Positions 47,123 to 57,279 are shown, counted from the first letter of the stretch. The stretch is DNA of 64,000 bases from Methanobacteriota archaeon (GCA_020697715.1 JAEHCO010000003.1:1-64000), one strand, 5' to 3'. Notes: generated by a model not told the origin, from the letters alone. Numbers and translations: made by a program.

Positions 47123-47623
47123 ATGTGGGACATAGTGAAAGTGAAATTCGAGAACTACCCAGCGCAGGAAAAGATAGCTGAAAAGCTGATGGAACACGGC
47201 ATATCCGTGAAGAACGGCCTACTTTATTCGGGCGATATCTACATGCCGGGCACGGCCTTAGCGAGGGCAACAGGTACAGATCGCCGAGTTGTATTATCGA
47301 CCATCCAGACCATCATGCACGACCCGGAACTGGAGAATATCTTCGCCAATATTCGTCCAATTTGCAGTTTTAAGGACGTGGCACCCAGCATGAACTGGGG
47401 TGTCCTCGAAATTCAGCCAGATGATGTTGACAAGCCTGGAATTGTAGCGGATGTGACGCAGATACTGGCCAGGGAGAATATCAGTTTGAGGCAGATCATT
47501 GCGGATGACCCAGGGATCATGAAGAAGCCAAAGGCTTTCTTCATTTCAGAAAAGCCAATACCAGCGAAGCTCCTTCCTATGATAAAGGAGCTGGATGGGG
47601 TTAAGGGAGTTTCGATCTATTGA
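47123..47623 (+). CDS. ACT-domain regulator of amino-acid metabolism (COG2150-like)
   Basis: YPAQEK, ALARATGTDRRVV, PGIVADVT, ISLRQII. Confidence 0.85.
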   Translation: MWDIVKVKFENYPAQEKIAEKLMEHGISVKNGLLYSGDIYMPGTALARATGTDRRVVLSTIQTIMHDPELENIFANIRPICSFKDVAPSMNWGVLEIQPDDVDKPGIVADVTQILARENISLRQIIADDPGIMKKPKAFFISEKPIPAKLLPMIKELDGVKGVSIY

Positions 47624-47694
47624 TGACACTGTGAAGGATAAGCGGATGCGAAACCAATTTAACCATCCAGCCTATTTCGGGTTTAGGTAATATC

Positions 47695-48477
47695 ATGACC
47701 CTCAAGATAGGAATAATCGGCGGCAGTGGAATTGCAGATGCAGGTTTCTTTACGGAGATAGATAAGATAAACTTGGACACGCCTTATGGGAAACCATCTG
47801 GTTCTTTCATAAAAGGCGAGTACGAGGGCGTTGAGATATACTTCCTCAATCGGCACGGAGCCGGCCACACCATTCCCCCTCACAAGGTCAATTACAGGGC
47901 GAATATCTGGGGAATGAAAGAACTGGGTGTCAGTATCCTTCTATGCCCGTCAGCCGTCGGCTCGCTCAAAGAAGAGTACGAGCCAGCCCAGATATGCATA
48001 ACAGATCAATTCATTGATTTCACAAGAGGTCGCGATCTGACATTCTTCGACGGCCCAAAGGTGGCTCATCTTTCCATTGCCGATCCTATGTGTGGCAGTC
48101 TGAGGAAACTTCTCATTGATGAATGTGAGAAGCAGAGCCTGGCACATCACAAGAAAGGAACTTATGTCACGATAGCCGGCCCTCGCTTTTCAACAAAGGC
48201 TGAAAGCCATATGTTCCGCAATTTCGCTGATATAATCGGCATGACGCTGGTTCCCGAATGCCAGCTGGCCAGAGAATTGGGATTGTGCTATGCGAATATC
48301 GCCATGATAACTGATTATGATGTCTGGAAGGATAAGCCAGTCAATATCGAGGAGGTCATCAAGACCATGAAGAACAATGTTGGTAAGATTCAATCACTTC
48401 TTCAGGGTGTTATTCCAAGACTGGCCGAGTTGGATAATTGCAACTGTAAAGCTACCGCGCTAGATTCCGAGATGTAA
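47695..48477 (+). CDS. mtnP: S-methyl-5'-thioadenosine phosphorylase
   Basis: IGIIGGSG, TPYGKPS, RHG, VNYRANI, GPRFST, GMTLVPE, TDYD. Confidence 0.92.
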   Translation: MTLKIGIIGGSGIADAGFFTEIDKINLDTPYGKPSGSFIKGEYEGVEIYFLNRHGAGHTIPPHKVNYRANIWGMKELGVSILLCPSAVGSLKEEYEPAQICITDQFIDFTRGRDLTFFDGPKVAHLSIADPMCGSLRKLLIDECEKQSLAHHKKGTYVTIAGPRFSTKAESHMFRNFADIIGMTLVPECQLARELGLCYANIAMITDYDVWKDKPVNIEEVIKTMKNNVGKIQSLLQGVIPRLAELDNCNCKATALDSEM

Positions 48478-48570
48478 TGTCCAAATATTATCCATATTGA
48501 GGAATACCCAGGGATTTCCCGCGATACGCTTATATATGCTAAAACCTACACTCATACCAGAGACGATAAT

Positions 48571-49518
48571 ATGACAGAAATACAACATATAATCAAGACC
48601 TCTGGCCTGAAGAAGACTTTCAAACAGGTCAGGGCGGTCGATGACCTTACCCTTACTGTGAACAGGGGAGATATTTACGGATTTCTTGGGCCAAATGGAG
48701 CCGGAAAGACCACGACCATCAAGATGATACTGGACCTTGTCCAGCCCGATGGCGGAGATATCTGGCTGAACGGGATCAATATTGCAGAGAACGGTGTGAA
48801 TACCCGTGAGGGTATCGGATACCTTCCAGAGAGGGCTCAATTCTACCAAAACCTCACCGCCATCCAGACAATGGAATTCTTCGCGGAATTGAAAGGCGTG
48901 GACAAGGATCAGTGTGACGAGCTCCTTGCCAAGGTGGGCATGGACAGATGGCGCGACAAGAAAGTTGGCACATTCTCAAAGGGAATGGTACAGCTTGTTG
49001 GTGTTGCTCAGGCACTCCTTGGAGAACCACAATTACTCATACTCGACGAACCGACATCTGGATTGGATCCCAGATGGTCCAGAGTGCTCAAGGATATCAT
49101 ATTGGAGATGAATGGAAAAGGCACTACGGTTTTCTTCTCATCCCATTTACTTTCAGAGGTTCAGGAATTATGTAACCGCGTTGCTATCCTGAATCAGGGT
49201 CACTTGATAATCGAGGACACGGTGGCACATGTCAGCGGAGGCATGAGCAATAAGCCAAAGCTGGTCATACGTGTTACCAGTGAGCCTGAGAAAGCTGTCC
49301 AGGCGATCAAGGATGCTGGCTTTGACGAGGTCGAGGTTCACGGCAATCAGATATCTGTCCTGGTGGAAAGCACGGACAAATCCAAGATCCTCAAAGCCCT
49401 CAGTGATGCTGAGATATCTGTTGAGGATTTCAAGACCATCGAGCCATCTTTGGAAGATGCCTTCATGGGCTATATTGGCCAGGAGGCCATTGCTGGAGGT
49501 GTCATCAATGGGCCTTGA
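48571..49518 (+). CDS. ABC-2 type exporter ATP-binding protein
   Basis: GPNGAGKTT, FSKGM, LILDEPTSGLD, SSH. Confidence 0.93.
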   Translation: MTEIQHIIKTSGLKKTFKQVRAVDDLTLTVNRGDIYGFLGPNGAGKTTTIKMILDLVQPDGGDIWLNGINIAENGVNTREGIGYLPERAQFYQNLTAIQTMEFFAELKGVDKDQCDELLAKVGMDRWRDKKVGTFSKGMVQLVGVAQALLGEPQLLILDEPTSGLDPRWSRVLKDIILEMNGKGTTVFFSSHLLSEVQELCNRVAILNQGHLIIEDTVAHVSGGMSNKPKLVIRVTSEPEKAVQAIKDAGFDEVEVHGNQISVLVESTDKSKILKALSDAEISVEDFKTIEPSLEDAFMGYIGQEAIAGGVINGP

Positions 49519-50380
49519 GATCAACCTGAATAAAGTAATGTCGATCGCTAAGAAAGAATTCATGGACAATTGGAGAAACAAATGGGTGCTGGCACTTAGT
49601 ATTCTATTCATGATCCTGGTAATAGCCTTCTCCTACTTTGGAGGAGCAACTGGAGGAAGTGTCGAGTTCCAGGGGTACGCGGATACAGTTGCAGCTATGT
49701 CCACCATTGCCGCCATGTTCCTGCCGATCATAGCAATTATGCTTGGCTATGGCTCGGTAATAAGCGAAAGAGAGAATGGGTCAATGGGTGTTGTCCTGGG
49801 CTGTCCGGTCTCCAAATTTGATGTGATAATAGGTAAATTCCTAGGACTTGGTTCAGTGTTGATGGCCACGATATTGATAGGATTCGGAGTATCTGGCATC
49901 ATTGTAGGAGCAATAGCTGGCTTTGAAGGAGGGGTAGAATACTTCCTCTTCATGATGCTGACCTTCATATTCGCCATGTTCTTTCTGGGATTCTCCATAT
50001 TCATGTCCACAATTGCGAACAAACGTTCTACCGCGATAGCTGGAGGCCTTGTAGTGTTCTTCAGTGGTATGATAGCAGGTATGATCCTATTCGGGTTATG
50101 GATAGCCAGTGGAGGGGACTTTGGAGCAATGATGGATGCCGCCATGACAGGCGGAGATATGCCTTCCTTCCCTGATTGGTACTGGGCTGGTATGTTCTTC
50201 AGCTTCATGGACATATATCCAATGGGTGCGATGCTCTTGTTCAATCTGACGGATTTCTCTGGTATCTCCTATGCATACCCAGATTTTGTAACCGCAGTAT
50301 CGATCTCCGCATGGTTCACCGTACTTACGCTCTTGTCCTTCTTTGGTTCCCTGTTCGTCTTCGATAAGAAGGATCTATGA
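49508..50380 (+). CDS. ABC-2 type permease (NosY-like)
   Basis: IAKKEF, ERENG, P.S...IIGKFLG; 6 TM; overlaps the ATPase end. Confidence 0.88.
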   Translation: MGLEINLNKVMSIAKKEFMDNWRNKWVLALSILFMILVIAFSYFGGATGGSVEFQGYADTVAAMSTIAAMFLPIIAIMLGYGSVISERENGSMGVVLGCPVSKFDVIIGKFLGLGSVLMATILIGFGVSGIIVGAIAGFEGGVEYFLFMMLTFIFAMFFLGFSIFMSTIANKRSTAIAGGLVVFFSGMIAGMILFGLWIASGGDFGAMMDAAMTGGDMPSFPDWYWAGMFFSFMDIYPMGAMLLFNLTDFSGISYAYPDFVTAVSISAWFTVLTLLSFFGSLFVFDKKDL

Positions 50381-50388
50381 GGTAATGA

Positions 50389-50889
50389 ATGAGCCAGTAC
50401 TCACTATATAAGGAAACTATCTGGTGGAAGGAGATAATCGTCACAATAGGGACAATGTCAGTGCTATTTGGAGTACTGGCATTCTTCTTTCTTTTCAGAT
50501 CAACGGATCCTGAAAGTGAGCGAGTTTTGCTATTCATCATTTTCTCGATAATTAGTGTATTATTCATTTTTCTGACCTATTATTTCAGGAAGCTGGACAT
50601 TGATATACACAATGATGGTGTGAGCATTGGTTGGGCCTACTTCAAAAAAGAGTATGTTTGGTCCGATATCGAAGAGGTCTGGAAGGATGATCGCAATGCC
50701 ATGAGATACGGTGGCTACGGCATCAAAGGCACTTATATGAACGGAAAATGGGTGCTGGTATACAATGTCATCATGGCTGATAGAGTGGTTCTGAAGCTGA
50801 AGGAAGGAAAATACGGTGAATTCGTATTCTCCACAAAGGATCCAGATAAGGTGATCGGGCTGATCGAACCATACCTTGGTAAACAGTAG
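50389..50889 (+). CDS. Hypothetical 2-TM protein with bacterial-PH-like domain
   Basis: Two TM; W.DIEEV; YGGYGI; FSTKDP. Confidence 0.65.
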   Translation: MSQYSLYKETIWWKEIIVTIGTMSVLFGVLAFFFLFRSTDPESERVLLFIIFSIISVLFIFLTYYFRKLDIDIHNDGVSIGWAYFKKEYVWSDIEEVWKDDRNAMRYGGYGIKGTYMNGKWVLVYNVIMADRVVLKLKEGKYGEFVFSTKDPDKVIGLIEPYLGKQ

Positions 50890-50904
50890 ATATCGGGTTA
50901 AGAT

Positions 50905-50955
50905 CATCAATCACATCAATCACATCAATCACATCTATCATATCAATTACATCAA
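50905..50955. repeat. 9-bp tandem repeat (CATCAATCA), about 5.5 copies
   Basis: catcaatca x3, catctatca, tatcaatta, catcaa. Confidence 0.85.
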
Positions 50956-50989
50956 GCTCAATTATTTATAACACAGTCAGATTGACCCT

Positions 50990-52177
50990 GTGATGATGGA
51001 CATCGACTACTCTGAGCTTGAGAGATATGATCACCAATGCCTGGATGGCTGTGGCCTATGTTGCCTCTGCCAGCCAGAATTGGATGATGATGAACTGGCA
51101 GTTTTCAGAAAGGCAGGTCTTGAAGAAGGGCTGACAAATTATCATGTGCAGGGTGGCCAGAAAACCGATGAACCAACGGCCATCAAGCTTCAAGGCGGCA
51201 GGGGAGCCTGTCATTTCCTGAAGGATCTCAGATGCCAGATACATGATGTTCGTCCTCGACCATGCCGACAGTTTCCGGTTCAGGTCCATTTGTTAAGGAG
51301 GGTGCAGGTAAATGCCAATCTGGCCTGCCCAGGGATATTCGATAATACCTCGGATAGGGGCACGATGGCCTCTTCAGGGAAAGGCGGAGATAGTCTGCTG
51401 GCCTTTGGGAAGGAAACCATATCGAAAATTCCACAGGATGAGATGGAAGACATATTCGAACAGGCAGTGGAAATTGTAAAAGAATTTGATGAGCACACTC
51501 TTGATTTCGAGGTCTATCAGGATCCAGGGGCCTTGAAGGACGCTGGCACTGATCTTATCAATGGGATGAAGGGTTCGGATTGGATCGCCAGAACACTGGC
51601 CTGGTCCAATGAGGAATCCATTGGCACTGATCTCAAGAACAAGACATTCGCAAGGGATGTATTATCTCATGTTCCGGAGCCTGATATTCTGGAGGTCGCC
51701 AATGATGGGAACATTGACCTACTGGACCAGGATGATCTGGCCCAGATACCCGTGTTCGTGGATGATGATATGAAATGGATCGCACTTAGATCCAGAAAGA
51801 ACATTATCGATGTTATGAGAATGGAAGAAGATGGCTCCCTGGAGACAATGCACGAGATCCCAATGGATAGCATAAAATTGATGGATTGGACAAGCGATGG
51901 GACCGAGGTCTTTCAGAATTATGCAAGACTGCTCAATGACAGAGATCCCTTCATGGGGTATGTTTACCAGGTATGCGCGGATCAGGATTTCCAATTCGAT
52001 CTTGCCACAGTGTATATTGGAACAATGGCGACGACAATGCTGGATCTGTGGTGGAGAGCTTCCTTGATGGGTATGGTGAAGGGAGAAAAGAGCATTGGCC
52101 AGAACCTGGCGAAGGTGGGGATCAAATCTTTTGATATGACCAGCCTGGGAGCGCCCAGTATCGGTTTGTTCATATAA
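50990..52177 (+). CDS. YkgJ-family (CxxCxxCC) cysteine-cluster protein
   Basis: CLDGCGLCC, CHFL, CQIHDVRPRPCRQFP, CPG. Confidence 0.85.
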   Translation: MMMDIDYSELERYDHQCLDGCGLCCLCQPELDDDELAVFRKAGLEEGLTNYHVQGGQKTDEPTAIKLQGGRGACHFLKDLRCQIHDVRPRPCRQFPVQVHLLRRVQVNANLACPGIFDNTSDRGTMASSGKGGDSLLAFGKETISKIPQDEMEDIFEQAVEIVKEFDEHTLDFEVYQDPGALKDAGTDLINGMKGSDWIARTLAWSNEESIGTDLKNKTFARDVLSHVPEPDILEVANDGNIDLLDQDDLAQIPVFVDDDMKWIALRSRKNIIDVMRMEEDGSLETMHEIPMDSIKLMDWTSDGTEVFQNYARLLNDRDPFMGYVYQVCADQDFQFDLATVYIGTMATTMLDLWWRASLMGMVKGEKSIGQNLAKVGIKSFDMTSLGAPSIGLFI

Positions 52178-52235
52178 TTCTTATAGGAAAGAATTTAATA
52201 ATGTTCTGAATTTCCTGGCTCATAGTAATCGCAAT

Positions 52236-52319
52236 GCGGGGATACCCGAGCTAGGTCAAAGGGGTGGGGCTTAGGACCCCATGGTTAGTCCTTCGCCGGT
52301 TCGAATCCGGCTCCCCGCA
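52236..52319 (+). tRNA. tRNA-Leu (anticodon TAG)
   Basis: Acceptor gcgggga/tccccgc + A; anticodon arm tgggg-cttagga-cccca; long variable arm; T arm ccgg-ttcgaat-ccgg; CCA not encoded. Confidence 0.95.
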
Positions 52320-52610
52320 TTTATTTATTAAAGGATTCGAACGGAGTTCGATTGAGAATTTACTTGTAAATTCGAGAGAGCACCGCAACGAAGTGTAGGT
52401 GCGAAATCCGGCTCCCCGCATTTATTTATTAAAGGATTCGAAAGTAGTAGTCGGCTGCCGTAGTCCCATCGAAAATTATTCAACTAATCTCGAAGCCAGA
52501 CGTGAGCTTCGAGAATTTGGGACTATGGCCTTCGATGGAAACATCATGCCGAAGGCATATCGTTTCCACGGCTCTCCGCATATTTTTGTATAGGAATTCG
52601 AAAGTAGTAG
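52304..52610 (+). repeat. tRNA 3'-end direct repeats (three copies) separated by hairpin cassettes
   Basis: Perfect 38-bp repeat 52304-52341 = 52405-52442; degenerate third copy 52569-52610. Confidence 0.85.
52440..52572 (+). repeat. Structured ~130-nt repeat element, copy 2
   Basis: Homologous to 9924-10054; gccgtagtccca/tgggactatggc, tctcgaagc/gcttcgaga, tggaaac/gtttcca enclosing atgcc-gaa-ggcat. Confidence 0.75.
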
Positions 52611-52755
52611 CCACATTATTCATCTCACACACTATTTACAGGTGATCTGAATCAAAATCCCACATAATTCAATAGAGGCCAACAATCGTTAAGTATCCAA
52701 ACGAATAAGTATCATTTATCTATATCTGGTCTTGCTTGAATAGAGGAGAGTGTAG

Positions 52756-55215
52756 ATGGACCCTGAAAATGATAAGCATATTACAACAGTCTTCGTAGGT
52801 CGAGACAATGAGATCAGCGTCTTGAACAATTATCTAGAGGAAGCAAGGTCTGGACACAGCAAGCTTGTATTTGTCACAGGAGAAGCTGGCATAGGCAAGA
52901 CCCGGCTTATCCGCGAAGTTGGTAATCATGCAAAAGAAATGGGTGCCCAGTTCATAACTGGTAGGTGTATATCTCATCAGCATGGTGACCCCTACCTGCC
53001 ATTTATTGATGCTCTCGGGATCAAACTTGGATCTAAATCCTCAAATGATTCAAATAGCTTTTCAAATCTGCCAATAGGCATGTCTGGGGTCGGTGATGAT
53101 TCCAGTTATGAGGATGATGGCGATCTTCCACTTGGTCTCTTACCAATGGCGGGAGGCCATGATACCAATATCGCTGATATGGATATGGCTGGGCAAAGAG
53201 ACCGTATGTTCAATACGATCGCCGATCTTATTAAGACCAGGGCGACAAAGGATCCATTGTTCATTTTCCTTGACGATATGCAATATGCGGATGGGGCCAC
53301 ACTTCAACTTTTATTTTATATTGCCAGATCCCTGCAGAATTCCAAGGTCATGATATGCTGTGCTTACAGACCTAATGAATTGGATATGCCTCAGGGACAG
53401 GTACATCCTCTTACCCAGATGTTGAGACGGATGGGGCAGGAGAAACTGTACAGTTCACTTCAGCTCAATCCGCTTTCCCTTGACGAGATAAGGGAAAAGG
53501 TGGAGTCCATCCTGGAAATAACAGATATTCCATCTGGCTTCATGAACAAATTATATGATGAGAGCGAGGGAAATCCCTTCTTCGTCGAGGAAGTGCTAAA
53601 ATCACTCATGGATGAGGGAGTGATAAAGCGCCATTCACATATCTGGGATGCTGGTCTAGACCTATCATCCATAAGGATACCCAATACTATCAAGGATGTC
53701 ATAACTCACAGGATCGCCAAGATGAATGAGAGCTCGAAGAAGGTTCTCAAGTATGCGTCAGTCATTGGCCAAAAGTTCCAATTCGATGTTCTTCAAAAAG
53801 TATCGGAAATGAACAGCGAGGAATTACTGGACACTCTGGATCATCTCATTGATATCGAGATGATACATGAGGATTCTGGCAGCCACCATGAAGAAGCATT
53901 CTATTTCGGTCACAAACAGACCAGGACGGTCATCTACGAAGGCATGAGTCGAAGCAGGATCAGGGTCATGCACCTGAAGGTGGGTAATATCATCGAGGAG
54001 ATGTACAAAGGTCGATTGAATGATGTTATCTTCGCCCTTGCCAGACACTTCACGCTTGGCAAGGATTTCACACGATCACATGAATATTCAAAACAAGCAG
54101 GTACAGCCGCCATGGCAAGCTTCGCCTTTGAGGACGCTATAGAACATTTCACTACTGCTTTGAGGGCACTGAGCTTCTTGGGAGATGATTGTGGTATCGA
54201 TATCAAGAAGGAAGGCCTGGACCTATCATTCCAATTGGGTGACCTTGATTATGCAATGGGAGATCCAGCAGCTGCTGTGGAACATTATAGAAATGCTCTC
54301 CAGAACAGCCAGGCTCTGGGTGATAAGGAATCTGAAGCTGAGGCTTACCTTTACATCGGGCATACGGAAAGGCTCAGGGGTAATTTCCACCGGGCTGAGG
54401 ATATGTATGAAAAGGCCATTGTTCATTTTGATTCCACTGATAACTATGCTGGGCTTGCCGGAAGTCAACAAGGCCTGGGATATGTCCACTGGAGGAAGGG
54501 TGAGAACGATGAGGCTGTGGAGCATTACAAAGAAAGCATAAGTTTCTCCATGAAAGCCGGTGATGATCATGGAATGGCCAAGACCCATATCGAATTGGGC
54601 AATGTCTACAATTATTGGGGAGATTATGCAAAGGCCATGCAGTATTACAAGAAATCCATACCGCATTTGGAGAAGGTCGGTGACTATAATGAACTGGCCA
54701 GAGCTTATAACAATATGGGCGATTCCACTATCAAAGTGGATGATTTTCATGGTGCCCTGGAGTATTTTGAGAAATGTAAGCAAGCTTCTGAAAAGATCGG
54801 GAACAAGAACTTCGTTGCATGGAGCCTGTTCAATTCAGCAGAGGCATTGGCCTACCTTGGAGAATATGACAAGGCAGAAGATTATTGTGTTCGCGCACTC
54901 AAGATATGCGAAGACCTGGATGACAGGGTGGGCATGAATGGTGTGTTCAAGAACTTTGGTGTTATTTACAGATTCAAGAAGGAATGGGACAAGTCCATCG
55001 AGAACTTTAATAAAAGTATCGTGATATTGGAGATGCTGGATATCCCATATGAATTGGGTGTCACCTATAGTGATCTGGCAAAGACCTATGAGGACATGGG
55101 AGAGATAGAAGAGGCCCTGGAGAATTTCAATATGGCCAAGGATCTTCTTGAGAGTGTTGGCTCAATGTCCGAGGCCAAGGAGATCGAGGACAAGATCAAA
55201 GAGCTTGAGGGATGA
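52756..55215 (+). CDS. STAND-type (AAA_16-like) NTPase-TPR protein
   Basis: FVGRDNE, GEAGIGKT, LDDMQYAD, EGNPFF, ~9 TPRs; SD GAGGAG. Confidence 0.9.
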   Translation: MDPENDKHITTVFVGRDNEISVLNNYLEEARSGHSKLVFVTGEAGIGKTRLIREVGNHAKEMGAQFITGRCISHQHGDPYLPFIDALGIKLGSKSSNDSNSFSNLPIGMSGVGDDSSYEDDGDLPLGLLPMAGGHDTNIADMDMAGQRDRMFNTIADLIKTRATKDPLFIFLDDMQYADGATLQLLFYIARSLQNSKVMICCAYRPNELDMPQGQVHPLTQMLRRMGQEKLYSSLQLNPLSLDEIREKVESILEITDIPSGFMNKLYDESEGNPFFVEEVLKSLMDEGVIKRHSHIWDAGLDLSSIRIPNTIKDVITHRIAKMNESSKKVLKYASVIGQKFQFDVLQKVSEMNSEELLDTLDHLIDIEMIHEDSGSHHEEAFYFGHKQTRTVIYEGMSRSRIRVMHLKVGNIIEEMYKGRLNDVIFALARHFTLGKDFTRSHEYSKQAGTAAMASFAFEDAIEHFTTALRALSFLGDDCGIDIKKEGLDLSFQLGDLDYAMGDPAAAVEHYRNALQNSQALGDKESEAEAYLYIGHTERLRGNFHRAEDMYEKAIVHFDSTDNYAGLAGSQQGLGYVHWRKGENDEAVEHYKESISFSMKAGDDHGMAKTHIELGNVYNYWGDYAKAMQYYKKSIPHLEKVGDYNELARAYNNMGDSTIKVDDFHGALEYFEKCKQASEKIGNKNFVAWSLFNSAEALAYLGEYDKAEDYCVRALKICEDLDDRVGMNGVFKNFGVIYRFKKEWDKSIENFNKSIVILEMLDIPYELGVTYSDLAKTYEDMGEIEEALENFNMAKDLLESVGSMSEAKEIEDKIKELEG

Positions 55216-55382
55216 TCCCTTATCCTTATCTATAATTCTACAAGCTCAGGTTTATCAATATTTTTAAATGTACTGTACAGCAGACCTGCAGGCTGTGATA
55301 AGGACAATTTATTGGTTTAGCTAGCACTAGCTCATGCTTAAGTTAAACTATTTGCCAGTTGCTAGATGAGATGAGTAGCCGA

Positions 55383-56918
55383 TCAAACTATTGGTATCAG
55401 TTTGATATGTGGTGCGCCTTTTTCCTCATCTGCCACGATACCGTAGATAATGGTCTTTGGTTTGATACCATAGATACATGGGCACTTGTTTATGTCCGTG
55501 ATCTTCAGATAGGTATCTGCCATGTTCATTATCTCCTGGGTCAGCTTGAGTCCTGGTTTGATGATGCCAATTCCGATATCCTCTGATATCTTGATCTTGG
55601 CAACTGCCTCCAGAAGCTGTTTTATGGCAACTCCGCCACCCTGTAGGTATTCGAGGGTGTCGAATCCAGTATAATCGATTATTGGCTTGTTCTCCGGCCC
55701 TCTGAGGAACTCCATATTACTCTTCCAGACCCTGACTGCCTCATCCTTGTTCCTGGTTCCGAGAGCCATGATATAAGGTGAATCGGATTTTTGTGTGAAG
55801 TAATCCGCTATCCTGACATGATCATCGAACTTTTGATCCGGCATATAGGTTGTCAGATCCTTCTTCACGGAATCCGCATGGTCACCGCCAGTAAGTACGG
55901 CGAACACGCCTTTGTTCTGGGTAATGAAGTTAAGTAATATTGGCCTGACAACAGAATAATATTCATCACTGGATACATTCTCATCGACCTGGATAACATT
56001 GTAACTGCCCTTTGAATATCCGCCCGAAAGCAATTCATCTAGGTCCTTGGTACCCGTACTGTAATGGGTTTCCGTGTCAATTATGGGATCCCATTGTATA
56101 GATTCCATATTCGATAGACTGCCATTGAAGGGATCGAAGCTCATGAATCGACCATCTTTCAATGTTGTGAGATAGGATGGTTGTGCTATCTGGGTCGCTC
56201 TCAGTTTGAGCAGGTGCATTTGTCTCACCCTGCGTCCTTCCAGAGCACTATAATCAAATTGTATAACACCATCAACAAGGAAAGCCAGATCCGCATTGCT
56301 TTCTTTCTCAAGTACGAAAAGAACGTCTACATTGGATCCCTCTACCAGGTCCTTCTGTATGCACATGATCAATTCATCCTGCTCCAGCGAATATTTATTG
56401 GTAACACCCTCCACGCTATCTATGATAAGCATGGATTTTGCTGGCAGTATGGAATCTACCTTGTCGTATATTCTCTCTATCTCCGGCATGCGATTACGTT
56501 CAAGAAGCACAGAAAGTCTTGTTCTGTCAACCTTTCGTGGGGCATCCAAAGGTTTTTCATTGATGGATTTGAGGAATTCCTTGGCATTGGCCAGGTTAGC
56601 TGGGTCTTCCTGAACAGAAGGTGAATCATCCTCATCATTGTATAGGCTGGCCAAGAACACGCGGCTGGAATCGATTATCCTGCTCCTCATGTCCTCTTCC
56701 TTCAACCAGGGAAATTGTTGATACAATGCATTATCGGATACTCGTGTAGAAAGATAGAAGCTCCTTTGTGGCTCTGCCATCTCCTCAAGTAATTGAAGAG
56801 CGAAGGTAGTCTTTCCAGTACCTGCACTACCCATTACCATTAGCGATCGGCCACCTTGGGCTTCGAAGAATTCTCTGATCTCTGTTGGGATAGATCTCTT
56901 AGATTTTTCCTTGCTCAT
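55383..56918 (-). CDS. Double-domain KaiC/GvpD-like RecA-superfamily ATPase
   Basis: Domain 1 GSAGTGKT, IIDS, LVDGVI, KLRAT; domain 2 YSTGTKDLDELLSGGY without a canonical Walker A. Confidence 0.85.
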   Translation of the reverse strand: MSKEKSKRSIPTEIREFFEAQGGRSLMVMGSAGTGKTTFALQLLEEMAEPQRSFYLSTRVSDNALYQQFPWLKEEDMRSRIIDSSRVFLASLYNDEDDSPSVQEDPANLANAKEFLKSINEKPLDAPRKVDRTRLSVLLERNRMPEIERIYDKVDSILPAKSMLIIDSVEGVTNKYSLEQDELIMCIQKDLVEGSNVDVLFVLEKESNADLAFLVDGVIQFDYSALEGRRVRQMHLLKLRATQIAQPSYLTTLKDGRFMSFDPFNGSLSNMESIQWDPIIDTETHYSTGTKDLDELLSGGYSKGSYNVIQVDENVSSDEYYSVVRPILLNFITQNKGVFAVLTGGDHADSVKKDLTTYMPDQKFDDHVRIADYFTQKSDSPYIMALGTRNKDEAVRVWKSNMEFLRGPENKPIIDYTGFDTLEYLQGGGVAIKQLLEAVAKIKISEDIGIGIIKPGLKLTQEIMNMADTYLKITDINKCPCIYGIKPKTIIYGIVADEEKGAPHIKLIPIV

Positions 56919-57279
56919 TGGTAAGCACCTCCTTGACATTCTCAACTGCCTCATTCAGGGCCACAGCAAGTTTATCTGGTTCTGCATTCTTTGCGAATAT
57001 GGCGATCAAGGCCTTTGAACCAACACTGCTGGCCATAAGCAGGCCGCTATTGGATTCAATTACTATCTTATTGGGAGGGTCCTGTTCCAAACTGGAATAT
57101 ACTACCTCCGAGGCCCCTAAAATAGTGGCCGATAGTGTTGAAAATGTTTCGATCTGGTTATTGTCTGGGATATTCCAGGCAATTGGTACTCCACTCCGCG
57201 ATATTATAGCGGAAATCTCTATTTCATGCTTCTTATTTAGCGACTCGAGCTCTTTATTTAGCTCTCCAACCATTGACAT
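56899..57279 (-). CDS. Roadblock/LC7 (MglB-like) domain protein
   Basis: SAIISRSGVPIA, FSTLSATILGASE, KIVIESNSG; SD GGAGGG. Confidence 0.88.
   Translation of the reverse strand: MSMVGELNKELESLNKKHEIEISAIISRSGVPIAWNIPDNNQIETFSTLSATILGASEVVYSSLEQDPPNKIVIESNSGLLMASSVGSKALIAIFAKNAEPDKLAVALNEAVENVKEVLTNEQGKI

Noticed and set aside
49271-49507. Long N-terminal extension of the ABC permease overlapping the ATPase
   Set aside because: SD GGAGGTG precedes ATG 49508; the upstream part is an off-frame read of the ATPase gene
52304-52610. Possible mini-CRISPR array (38-bp repeats)
   Set aside because: The repeat is the tRNA 3' end, spacers are unequal (63 and ~126 bp) and self-structured, and no cas genes are present
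52236-55215. Prophage or genomic island integrated at tRNA-Leu
   Set aside because: No integrase or phage genes and no distant att copy seen; duplications are local
55383-56918. Gas vesicle gene (gvpD)
   Set aside because: Only the ATPase family resemblance; no gvpA/J/M/N genes in the window
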